Shown here in pieces: positions 6,026-13,601 of a stretch of DNA of 17,852 nt; within the stretch, counting starts at the first letter, position 1; the number at the start of each line of letters is the position of its first letter. Location: contig DYLA01000041.1 of the NCBI GenBank assembly GCA_020722265.1, positions 1 through 17,852 of the forward strand, in the 5' to 3' direction. The notes below the pieces were generated by a model that ran no database searches, had not been told where the DNA came from, and saw nothing but the letters and a program-made list of their open reading frames with translations. The DNA comes from Anaerolinea sp. GTDB taxonomy: Bacteria; Chloroflexota; Anaerolineae; UBA4142. The translations under genes and the position numbers were made by a program.

Positions 6026-7063
6026 ATGACCAAGAGATGTCCCAGCCCCACTCAATGTACCATAAACTTGCTGGCGCGCCGCAAAGAGGAATTTAGAGGC
6101 GCGACATGGAATCTGCTTTTGTCAGCCGGGCAGGATCTGTGCAAGGAAGATCAAGAGCGGGCTCGCCAAAGCTTTGACCAATCGCTCAAACTGGCTGAGG
6201 ATTTATCGGCGGTCAATGATCGGGACGCCGATTGCCTACGGGCGACGGCTTTAGCGTGCTTGGGTGCACTGGCTCTATGTCAAAATAAGGCGGATGACGC
6301 GCTCAGGTACTTTCAGCGGAGTGAAGCCGCCTTTGCTTCAAAGGGGGAGAGGTACGGTCAAGCTGTTGTGCTGTATGCGGAGGCGCACGCCTACAGGATC
6401 AAACAGGACTGGCGACGCGTTTTTTGTTGCTATGAGCAAAGTTCGCGCCTGTTGGCGTTTTTGGCGAGTGATCCGCTTACGGACTATACGCGTCAACTTG
6501 TGAGAGAAGAGCATCGCCAAACCGTTGCCGAATGGGAAAAGGATCTTGGCGTGGACGTGGAGCGAGGGGCAGGCAAGAGACTCGACTTCCGGTTGGGCTT
6601 CTTACCAGTCTTTGGTAAGATTGCGGCGGGTAATCCTTATCCTGTTCCAGAGGATGTAGAAAACTACATAGAAACGGATCGTTTTATCATTGATGGTAAG
6701 CCATATGCCATTGCCAAGAGCCAACATCTTACACTCAACTTTTCCCCTTACGTGATGTATGTAGCACTCTGTGTTAGCGGTGATAGCATGAATATGGCGG
6801 ACATAAATATCGGCGACTATGTGATCCTTCAAGTGCCATCGGCTGCCGGATTGCGGTTAGAACCGAAGACAGGCGATATAGTGGTGTTAGCATTTCCGGA
6901 GGAGAACACAGTGACGTTGAAACGTTGCCGGCGGAGTCCCAAGAAGATTACTTTCTATCCTGAGAGCACCAATCCCACGCACCTATCGTACGAATTCGAT
7001 GCGTCGCTAGATATACCTGTTAGGATCGTCGGCATCCACGTCGCCACCCTCAAGCCATTATGA
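6026..7063 (+). CDS. LexA-like S24 family autopeptidase with a non-HTH, Cys-rich TPR-like helical N-terminal domain (~190 aa)
   Basis: The C-terminal domain aligns motif-for-motif with LexA. LPVFGKIAAGNPYPV matches LPLVGRVAAGEPLLA, with the Ala-Gly scissile bond encoded at 6626-6631. The Ser nucleophile is in VSGDSM and the general-base Lys in TVTLKR. No HTH is recognisable in the N-terminal part. Start 6026 (GAGGGA 8 nt upstream) is preferred over 6017. The stop TGA 7061-7063 overlaps the psuG ATG. Confidence 0.8.
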   Translation: MTKRCPSPTQCTINLLARRKEEFRGATWNLLLSAGQDLCKEDQERARQSFDQSLKLAEDLSAVNDRDADCLRATALACLGALALCQNKADDALRYFQRSEAAFASKGERYGQAVVLYAEAHAYRIKQDWRRVFCCYEQSSRLLAFLASDPLTDYTRQLVREEHRQTVAEWEKDLGVDVERGAGKRLDFRLGFLPVFGKIAAGNPYPVPEDVENYIETDRFIIDGKPYAIAKSQHLTLNFSPYVMYVALCVSGDSMNMADINIGDYVILQVPSAAGLRLEPKTGDIVVLAFPEENTVTLKRCRRSPKKITFYPESTNPTHLSYEFDASLDIPVRIVGIHVATLKPL

Positions 7064-7983
7064 TGCTCCTCGCCCTCGAATCCACCCTCATCGCCCACGG
7101 ACTCCCGTATCCACACAACCTCGCCGCCGCGCGCGAACTGGAAGCCATCGCTCGCGCGCACGGCGCCCAGCCGCGTACCATCGCGATCATCGGCGGCGAA
7201 ATCAAAATCGGGTTGAGCGACGCGGAGTTGCAGCATCTCGCGCGGGCGCAGGGCGTGCTGAAACTCGCACGACGCGACCTCGCGATGGCGCTCGCACAGA
7301 AACGCGACGGCGCGACCACCGTCAGCGCGACGATGTTCCTCGCGCATCGCGCCGGCATCCGCGTTTTCGCCACCGGCGGGATTGGGGGCGTACACCGCAC
7401 GCCAAAGGATGAAGGCAGAAGGCAGAAGGATGAAAATGCCCCTTCGTCCTTCATCCCTCATCCTTCATCCTTCGATGTCTCTGCCGACCTTCCCGAACTC
7501 GCGCGCACTCCCGTCGCCGTCGTCTGCGCGGGCGCCAAAGCGATTCTCGATTTGCCCGCGACGCTCGAATGGCTAGAGACATTCGGCGTGCCGGTGCTCG
7601 GTTGGCAGACGGACGAATTCCCCGCGTTCTACTCGCGCGCGTCGGGCTTGCGCGTGCCCGCGCGCGTCGAGTCGGCGGAGGATGCCGCGCGCGTCATCCA
7701 GACACATTGGGAACTGGGCATGAGCAGCGGCGTCCTCGTCTGTGTGCCGATCCCGCACCAAGACGAGATTCCGCGCGCGGTGATCGAGCCGCACATCGAA
7801 CGCGCGCTGCGCGAGGCGGAAGAGCGACGCATCGTCGGCGGCGCGGTGACGCCGTTCGTGCTGGCGCGTTTGGCGGAGTTGACGCAAGGCGCGAGCGTGC
7901 GCGCGAACATCGCGCTGCTCAAGAACAACGTCGCCGTTGCGGCGGAAATCGCCCAAGCCCTGCAAGTTATTCGTCCAACCTGA
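7060..7983 (+). CDS. psuG: Pseudouridine-5'-phosphate glycosidase (PsuG / indigoidine synthase A-like); apparently N-terminally truncated, with a ~20-aa in-frame insertion
   Basis: LALESTLIAHGLPYP, FATGGIGGVHR, VVCAGAKAILDL..TLE.LETFGVPV and TPFVLARLAELT match the PsuG family. The ORF begins about 25 aa later than the recalled canonical PsuG sequence. An extra segment TPKDEGRRQKDENAPSSFIPHPSS lies between GGVHR and FDVSADL. Confidence 0.75.
   Translation: MMLLALESTLIAHGLPYPHNLAAARELEAIARAHGAQPRTIAIIGGEIKIGLSDAELQHLARAQGVLKLARRDLAMALAQKRDGATTVSATMFLAHRAGIRVFATGGIGGVHRTPKDEGRRQKDENAPSSFIPHPSSFDVSADLPELARTPVAVVCAGAKAILDLPATLEWLETFGVPVLGWQTDEFPAFYSRASGLRVPARVESAEDAARVIQTHWELGMSSGVLVCVPIPHQDEIPRAVIEPHIERALREAEERRIVGGAVTPFVLARLAELTQGASVRANIALLKNNVAVAAEIAQALQVIRPT
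7404..7474. repeat. AT-richer palindromic mini-element inserted in frame within psuG (GGATGAAGG/CCTTCATCC arm repeats)
   Basis: Left arm GGATGAAGG (7407-7415) and GGATGAAAA (7428-7436). Right arm CCTTCGTCC (7441-7449), CCTTCATCC (7448-7456) and CCTTCATCC (7462-7470). The arms are mutually complementary, centred on CCCC 7439-7442. Confidence 0.5.
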
Positions 7984-8009
7984 AACTTCAACCGGCAGCG
8001 GAGATTCAG

Positions 8010-8669
8010 ATGTCAGATCCTCTTGCCCTCCTCATCACCTTTCTCTACGTCGCGTGCATCCTCGCACTCGGCGAGGGATTGCGGCGCAGGCTGAAATTCT
8101 CGGTCGAGTTCACGCGCAAGTTCGTCCACATCGCCGTCGGGATGATCGCGTTCCCGCTCGTCGCGCTGTTTCAGGCTTGGCCATTTGCCATCATCCCGCC
8201 GCTCGTCTTCATCATCGTCAATTACGTTTCGTATCGCCGCCAGATTTTCGCGGGGATGGAGACTGGCGAGCGGGGACAACTCGGCACGGTCTATTTCCCG
8301 ATTTCGTTTTCGATTCTCATTCCGCTTTTGTGGTCGCAGCCCGCGTGGCTCGTCGCCTCGCTGATGCCGATGACGTGGGGCGACGCGTTCGCGGCGATTG
8401 TGGGCAAACGCTTGGGCACGCACAAATTCACGGTGCTGGGGCAGACGCGCTCGATCGAGGGTTCGCTGGCGATGTTCGCGTTCAGTTTCATCGCGACCTT
8501 TGGCGCGCTCGTTGTGTTCGCCCAGCCACTCGCCGCAAGTCTCGCGCTCGCGTTCGTCACGGCGCTCGTGGCGACGCTCGTCGAAGCATTTTCGCCGTTC
8601 GGGATAGACAACCTCACCGTGCCCTTATCATCGGCAATCGCGCTCGTCGCGCTCGAAACGTTGATGTAG
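8010..8669 (+). CDS. Integral membrane CTP-dependent polyprenol/phytol/dolichol-kinase-like protein (CdsA / CTP_transf_1 superfamily)
   Basis: Multi-TM protein with the GDAFAAIVGKRLG...RSIEGSLAMF motif characteristic of the phytol/dolichol kinase and CdsA superfamily. ATG 8010 lies 26 nt after psuG. The upstream part of track ORF 7569.. is an Arg-rich overlap artefact. Confidence 0.55.
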   Translation: MSDPLALLITFLYVACILALGEGLRRRLKFSVEFTRKFVHIAVGMIAFPLVALFQAWPFAIIPPLVFIIVNYVSYRRQIFAGMETGERGQLGTVYFPISFSILIPLLWSQPAWLVASLMPMTWGDAFAAIVGKRLGTHKFTVLGQTRSIEGSLAMFAFSFIATFGALVVFAQPLAASLALAFVTALVATLVEAFSPFGIDNLTVPLSSAIALVALETLM

Positions 8670-8675
8670 GCAACG

Positions 8676-8706
8676 AAAAACCCGTCTTCACCGCAGACGG
8701 GTTTTT
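8676..8706. terminator. Bidirectional Rho-independent terminator between the convergent kinase-like gene and clpC
   Basis: AAAAACCCGTCT (8676-8687), loop TCACCGC, AGACGGGTTTTT (8695-8706). A 12-bp stem is flanked by an A-tract on one side and a T-tract on the other, so it can terminate both strands. Confidence 0.8.
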
Positions 8707-8710
8707 TTGT

Positions 8711-11209
8711 CTACGTCGGCATCTCCGCCGAAGGCATCTCCACCGCGACGTGCGCTAGGTCAGGCGCAGTCTCCTTCAATCGAAATACGATGCCGGCGCG
8801 ATCATCCGCGTCCACGATGATGTGTTGCCCGGCTTTGAATTCTCCAGCCAGCAACTTGTGCGAGAGCGGCGATTCGATCCGGCGCTGCAACAATCGGCGC
8901 AGCGGGCGCGCGCCGAATTGCGGATCGTACCCTTCCCGCGCCAACCACTCGCGCGCCGCTTCGGTCAACTCGATTTCGATCTCCTGCTCTTTCAGCCGCG
9001 CCGCGATCTCTTTCATTTCCAAGTCCACGATGCGTTTGATCTGCTCGCGATTGAGCACGTGGAAAATGATCACCTCGTCAATACGATTGAGGAACTCGGG
9101 ACGGAAAGTGCGCTTGAGCGATTCTTCGATCTCGGCGTAAGTCTTTTCCACTTTTCTGTCGGCGACTTGGCCGGGCGCGTGGAAACCGAGCGTTCCGCCT
9201 TTTTGCGCGAACTCGGTGCCGATGTTCGAGGTCATAATGATCACGGTGTTGCGAAAATCTACCGTGTGTCCCTGTCCATCGGTCAGCTGTCCCTCCTCGA
9301 GCACCTGGAGCAGCGTGTTCCAAACGTCCGGATGCGCCTTTTCGATTTCATCGAAGAGAATGACTTGGTAGGGTCGCCGGCGCACCGCTTCGGTGAGTTG
9401 TCCCCCCTCGTCGTAGCCGACGTATCCCGGGGGCGCGCCGATCAAACGCGAGGCGGTGTGTCGCTCGCTGTATTCGCTCATATCCACGCGAAAGAGCGCG
9501 TCCGGATCATCGAACAAGAACTCGGCGAGCGCGCGCGCGAGCGCGGTCTTGCCGACGCCGGTCGGTCCAAGAAAGATGAAAGAGCCGGTGGGACGCTTGG
9601 GGTCGGCGAGTCCAGAACGCGCGCGGCGAATCGCATCGCTGATAGCGTTGATCGCTTCGTCCTGACCCACGATGCGCTCGTGCAGCCGCGCTTCCATCTG
9701 AAGGAGTTTGTCCGCTTCCGTCTGCATCATCCGCGTGACCGGGATGCCGGTCCACTTGGCGACTACTTCGGCGATGTCTTTTTCGCTGACGACTTCATCC
9801 AGTCCTTTTTCTCTTTGCCACGCCGCGCGTTTTTCCGCAAAGACCGCTTCGAGCGCCAGTCGCTCGGCGCGCGATTTGACGGCGGCTTCATAGTCGCGCG
9901 CCGTCGCCGCGTCTTCTTCCGCCTTTTGCAACTCGCGCAGATGCATCTTCATTTGCTTCAACTCGGGCGGCATCGAATAGATCGCAATCCGCAACTTGGC
10001 GGCGGCTTCGTCCATCAGGTCAATCGCCTTGTCCGGCAAATAGCGGTCGCTGACGTACCGATGCGAGAGCCGCGCGGCCGCGTCGAGTGCGCTGTCGTTG
10101 ATCTTGACTTGATGATGCTGTTCGTACCGATCGCGCAGCCCGCGCAGCATCGCCATCGTCGCTTCGACACTCGGTTCCGCGACGTACACCGGCGAAAAAC
10201 GGCGCTCGAGCGCGGCGTCCTTTTCGATGTGATTGCGGTACTCGTCGAGCGTCGTCGCGCCGACGCACTGCAACTCGCCGCGCGCGAGCGCGGGCTTCAT
10301 CATATTCGACGCGTCGATCGCACCCATCGCCGCGCCCGCGCCGACAACGGTGTGCACTTCGTCAATGAACAGGATGATTTCTCCTTTGGCGTTGTGGATC
10401 TCATCGAGCGCGGCTTTGAGGCGTTCTTCGAATTCACCCCGAAAGCGCGAGCCCGCCACCATCGCGCCCAAATCGAGTTGCACGACGCGGCGATTCATCA
10501 GCGGTTCTGGCACGTCGCCGGTGACGATTTTCTGCGCCAGCCCTTCGACGATGGCGGTCTTGCCGACGCCCGGTTCGCCGATGAGCACGGGGTTGTTCTT
10601 GGTGCGGCGCGAAAGAATTTGGATCACGCGCAGGATTTCTTCGTCCCGCCCGATCACCGGGTCGAGTTTGCCTTGGCGGGCGAGCGCGGTCAGATCGCGC
10701 GAGTAACGGTCGAGGGTGCGGTACTTGCCCTCGGCGCGCGGATCGGTGACGCGCGCGCCGCCGCGAATTTCGGGAAGGAGGCGCAGGATGCGCTCGCGTG
10801 TCAAGCCGCAATCGTTGAGGATGCGCCGCGCCGCGCCGTCGCGTTCGCCCGCGAGCGCGAGCAGGAGATGTTCGGTCGAAACGTAATCGTCTTGGAGGCG
10901 TGCCGCTTCTTCGTTAGCCGCGTCCACGAGCCGCTTGACGCGCGGGGTGATGTAGACTTGGTCGCCCATATAAGGCGGATAGTACGCCTTGGGACTCATC
11001 TGCAAGAGTTCGTCTACGCGTTGATGTAACGTATCCGCGTCCACGTTCATACGGTCGAGAATCATCTGGACTGTACCGCCGGTTTGTTCGATCAGCGCGA
11101 GCAACAGATGCTCGGCATCGAGTTGCGAATGGCGATAGCGTTGGAGGATTTCGTGAGCGCGCGCAAACGCATCTTGCGCGCGTTCGGTAAATCGGTCTGG
11201 TCGCATCAT
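8711..11209 (-). CDS. clpC: ATP-dependent Clp protease ATP-binding subunit / Hsp100 chaperone, ClpC-type (two Clp_N repeats, two AAA+ modules, short UVR-like linker)
   Basis: Walker A GEPGVGKT (D1) and GPTGVGKT (D2). The ~95-aa D1-D2 linker resembles the ClpC UVR region (..[14 protein letters not shown]..) rather than the long ClpB M-domain. GAGAGGA RBS lies 5 nt before the ATG. Confidence 0.8.
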   Translation of the reverse strand: MMRPDRFTERAQDAFARAHEILQRYRHSQLDAEHLLLALIEQTGGTVQMILDRMNVDADTLHQRVDELLQMSPKAYYPPYMGDQVYITPRVKRLVDAANEEAARLQDDYVSTEHLLLALAGERDGAARRILNDCGLTRERILRLLPEIRGGARVTDPRAEGKYRTLDRYSRDLTALARQGKLDPVIGRDEEILRVIQILSRRTKNNPVLIGEPGVGKTAIVEGLAQKIVTGDVPEPLMNRRVVQLDLGAMVAGSRFRGEFEERLKAALDEIHNAKGEIILFIDEVHTVVGAGAAMGAIDASNMMKPALARGELQCVGATTLDEYRNHIEKDAALERRFSPVYVAEPSVEATMAMLRGLRDRYEQHHQVKINDSALDAAARLSHRYVSDRYLPDKAIDLMDEAAAKLRIAIYSMPPELKQMKMHLRELQKAEEDAATARDYEAAVKSRAERLALEAVFAEKRAAWQREKGLDEVVSEKDIAEVVAKWTGIPVTRMMQTEADKLLQMEARLHERIVGQDEAINAISDAIRRARSGLADPKRPTGSFIFLGPTGVGKTALARALAEFLFDDPDALFRVDMSEYSERHTASRLIGAPPGYVGYDEGGQLTEAVRRRPYQVILFDEIEKAHPDVWNTLLQVLEEGQLTDGQGHTVDFRNTVIIMTSNIGTEFAQKGGTLGFHAPGQVADRKVEKTYAEIEESLKRTFRPEFLNRIDEVIIFHVLNREQIKRIVDLEMKEIAARLKEQEIEIELTEAAREWLAREGYDPQFGARPLRRLLQRRIESPLSHKLLAGEFKAGQHIIVDADDRAGIVFRLKETAPDLAHVAVEMPSAEMPT

Positions 11210-11233
11210 AGGCGTCCTCTCTTTCCGCCGATA

Positions 11234-11262
11234 ATTATAACCCCAAGCGGGTGCGGCGTCAA
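11234..11262 (-). promoter_or_regulatory. Minus-strand sigma70-like promoter TTGACG-N17-TATAAT for clpC
   Basis: Reverse complement: TTGACG (11262-11257), 17-nt spacer, TATAAT (11239-11234). Predicted TSS ~11227, giving an ~18-nt 5'UTR containing the RBS. Confidence 0.45.
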
Positions 11263-11281
11263 TTCGATTTCAGATTTATGA

Positions 11282-11310
11282 TTGCGGATTTCCGATTTTG
11301 TGCGTATAAT
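11282..11310 (+). promoter_or_regulatory. Plus-strand promoter TTGCGG-N17-TATAAT; the TSS would fall 0-2 nt before the pncC ATG (leaderless)
   Basis: TTGCGG 11282-11287, spacer 17, TATAAT 11305-11310. The ATG of the next gene is at 11319 with no SD sequence. Confidence 0.4.
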
Positions 11311-11318
11311 GCCTGCCG

Positions 11319-11810
11319 ATGATTGACTGTAACGAACCGCTCGAAGTCGTCGTGGGCAGGTTGCTCGTCGAGAAAAAGCAGACGCTTGCCATCGCCGAAT
11401 CTTGCACCGGTGGCTTGCTCACGCACCGGCTCACGAACGTGCCCGGGAGTTCGGCGTACGTCATCGCCTCCGTCATCGCGTACGCCTACGAAGCCAAAGT
11501 CGCCGCGCTCGGCGTGTCCTGGGACACGCTCAACCGATTCGGCGCGGTCAGCGCGGAAACGGCAACCGCGATGGCGCGCGGCGCGCGCGCGAAATTCTCT
11601 GCTACGCTCGGCTTGGCGATTACTGGCATCGCGGGACCGGGAGGCGGCACGCCGGAAAAGCCGGTGGGTCTGGTGTACCTCGCGCTCGCGGACGCGGACG
11701 ATGTTATCGTTGAACGGCACCTTTGGAGCGGCGACCGCGTGCGGAACAAGGAGCAGAGCGCGCAAGCCGCGCTCGAATTGTTGTGCCGTCATCTAAAACG
11801 TAAAACGTGA
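11319..11810 (+). CDS. pncC: CinA C-terminal domain protein / nicotinamide-nucleotide amidohydrolase PncC
   Basis: LAIAESCTGGLL...SSAYVIASVIAYAYEAK...GLAITGIAGPGGGT..KPVGLVYLAL is the CinA_C signature. Confidence 0.8.
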   Translation: MIDCNEPLEVVVGRLLVEKKQTLAIAESCTGGLLTHRLTNVPGSSAYVIASVIAYAYEAKVAALGVSWDTLNRFGAVSAETATAMARGARAKFSATLGLAITGIAGPGGGTPEKPVGLVYLALADADDVIVERHLWSGDRVRNKEQSAQAALELLCRHLKRKT

Positions 11811-11829
11811 AACGAAAAAAGGAGCCGCC

Positions 11830-12675
11830 GTGAACATCTTCCAAGCCATCCTCCTGGGCATCGTGCAAGGTCTCACCGAGTTCATTCCGATTTCCAGTTC
11901 GGCGCACCTCGTCATCATTCCTTGGCTGTTCCAGTGGGACGAGCCCGGTCTCGCATTCGACGTGGCACTGCATCTGGGGACGCTCGTCGCGCTGCTTTGG
12001 TTTTTCGCGGCGGATTGGGCGCGGCTGTGGCGCGCCGGCGTCGCGAGCATCATCGAACGCAAGGTGGGCGACGATGTGGATCGCCGGCTGGCGTGGCTGC
12101 TGGCAGTCGGCACTATCCCAGGCGCGCTCGTGGGCGCCTTGGCGGAAAGCCAGGTCGAGGAGTTGTTTCACACGCCGAATGCGCCCCATCGCGCGGAGGC
12201 GATGGTCGCGATGGGTGTCATCATCGCGCTGTTAGGCGCGGCGCTCTTCGTCGCCGAACGGATCGCGCGCCACACGCGCTCGCTGAAACACGTTTCGCTC
12301 AAGGATGCGATTGTGATCGGTTGCGCGCAGGCGCTCGCGATTTTCCCAGGGGTCTCGCGCTCGGGCGCGACGATCACCGCCGGTCTCGCGCTCGGTTTGG
12401 AGCGCGCGGCTGCCGCGCGTTTTTCGTTCCTTCTCTCCGCGCCGATCATCGCGGGCGCGGGCGCCAAGAGCGCGTTCGATCTGGCGCGCGCGGGGATTGC
12501 GCCAGCGGAGTTGGCGCTCTTTGCCCTCGGCGCGCTAGCGGCGGCGGTCAGCGGTTATTTGTGCATCAGGTTCTTGCTCCGCTTTTTGCAGCGCCACTCG
12601 ACCGATGTCTTTGTGTACTATCGCTGGCTGCTCGCGGCGTTCATCATCGTCGTTGCGGTGATGCGGGGGAATTGA
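11830..12675 (+). CDS. uppP: Undecaprenyl-diphosphate phosphatase (BacA/UppP)
   Basis: GTG start with AAAAAAGGAG RBS. The N-terminus MNIFQAILLGIVQGLTEFIPISSSAHL is the UppP hallmark. Multi-TM. Confidence 0.9.
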   Translation: MNIFQAILLGIVQGLTEFIPISSSAHLVIIPWLFQWDEPGLAFDVALHLGTLVALLWFFAADWARLWRAGVASIIERKVGDDVDRRLAWLLAVGTIPGALVGALAESQVEELFHTPNAPHRAEAMVAMGVIIALLGAALFVAERIARHTRSLKHVSLKDAIVIGCAQALAIFPGVSRSGATITAGLALGLERAAAARFSFLLSAPIIAGAGAKSAFDLARAGIAPAELALFALGALAAAVSGYLCIRFLLRFLQRHSTDVFVYYRWLLAAFIIVVAVMRGN

Positions 12676-12680
12676 TCGTC

Positions 12681-13478
12681 GTGCTAAGAATTTTACCGCT
12701 GGGATTGTTCGCCGTGCTGCTCGCCGCGTGTGCGGCAATGCCAACGCCGCGTGCGCCGACGCGGCTCACGTTCGCCGGTTCCGATTCGATGGAGTCGCTC
12801 GCGCGATCGCTCGCCCACGCGTACGCCGAGTCGCATTCCGGGGTGTCGTTCACGGTGCAGACATCGAACTCGGCGAACGGTTTGCGCGCCGCGCGCGAAA
12901 TCTCCGGGACGATTGGAATGGTCGCCCGCGCGATCCAGCCCGCCGAACTGGAGCGGTTGCGCGCGGTCGTGATGGCGCGCGATGGCATCGCCATCATCGT
13001 CAACAAGAGCAATCCCATCAACGCGATTATGCGCGCGCAAATCGTCGAAGTGTTTGCCGGGCAAATCCTCACGTGGCCCACCGGCGCGCTCGCCGGCAAG
13101 AGCATCGTCGTCGTCAGCCGCGAGGAGGGGTCGGGGACGCGTGACGCGTTCGAGGCGATGGTGATGGGGGGGACGCGCGTGACGCGCACGGCGGTGGTGA
13201 TGCCGAATCAAGCCGCGATGGTGGATTTCGTCGCGCGCACGCCGGAGGCGATCGGCTATTGTTCGATGGGCGCGGTTACCCAAGACGTGCGCGCGCTGGT
13301 CGTGGACGACGTGCTGCTATCACCCCAGACCGTCGAAAGCAGACAGTATCCGTTCATCCGCGCGTTTGCGTTCGTCATTCCGCAGCCGGCGTCGCCGGCG
13401 GTCGAGGATTTCGTCGCGTTCGCGCTCGGCGCGGAGGGGCAGCGGATTGTCGCGCAAAAGTTTGGGAGAGCGCCGTGA
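12681..13478 (+). CDS. PstS-like phosphate-binding periplasmic lipoprotein (PBP superfamily), orphan, with no pstCAB adjacent
   Basis: GTG 12681 lies 5 nt after the uppP stop. Signal/lipobox LFAVLLAACAA. RLTFAGSDSMESLARSLA...GTIGMVARA...SREEGSGTRDAFE resembles the PstS family. The long track ORF from 11922 is an out-of-frame overlap with uppP. Confidence 0.65.
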   Translation: MLRILPLGLFAVLLAACAAMPTPRAPTRLTFAGSDSMESLARSLAHAYAESHSGVSFTVQTSNSANGLRAAREISGTIGMVARAIQPAELERLRAVVMARDGIAIIVNKSNPINAIMRAQIVEVFAGQILTWPTGALAGKSIVVVSREEGSGTRDAFEAMVMGGTRVTRTAVVMPNQAAMVDFVARTPEAIGYCSMGAVTQDVRALVVDDVLLSPQTVESRQYPFIRAFAFVIPQPASPAVEDFVAFALGAEGQRIVAQKFGRAP

Positions 13479-13511
13479 AGACCTGGAAGGTCTCCAAGAC
13501 CTTCCAGGTCT
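13479..13511. repeat. Palindromic hairpin repeat, copy 2: AGACCTGGAAGGTCT-cca-AGACCTTCCAGGTCT, immediately after the pstS-like stop codon
   Basis: Perfect 15-bp inverted repeat with a 3-nt loop, starting 1 nt after TGA 13476-13478. A 37-nt stretch is identical to copy 3. Confidence 0.85.
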
Positions 13512-13601
13512 GGTCTTTCGAAATTTACACACATTTTACATTCCCCTAACAACAAAATAGTCAATTCCGTTTATGATGTCGTCAGAATGGAGGAAACGGT
13601 T

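Noticed and set aside
4052-7063. Mobile-element hallmarks for the low-GC island (integrase, transposase, tRNA target, flanking direct repeats)
   Set aside because: None could be found by eye. The left edge is the phnE stop, the right edge is inside the psuG 5' end, and no repeated att-like sequence was recognised. The island is called from composition and gene content only.
7569-8009. Upstream extension of the ORF ending at 8669 (366-aa version), overlapping psuG
   Set aside because: The extension is Arg-rich and overlaps psuG in another frame. The membrane-protein sequence starts at ATG 8010, just after the psuG stop.
8822-11029. 735-aa plus-strand ORF antisense to clpC
   Set aside because: Arg-rich low-complexity product with no motifs. 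The opposite strand encodes an unmistakable ClpC with Walker motifs.
11210-11318. CIRCE or CtsR operator upstream of clpC
   Set aside because: No TTAGCACTC-N9-GAGTGCTAA inverted repeat or GGTCAAA heptad repeats are present in the intergenic region.
11922-12680. N-terminal 250 codons of the 518-aa ORF track entry 11922..13478
   Set aside because: It is out of frame with and overlaps uppP, whose UppP signature is unambiguous. The real pstS-like gene starts at GTG 12681, where the signal peptide begins 5 nt after the uppP stop.
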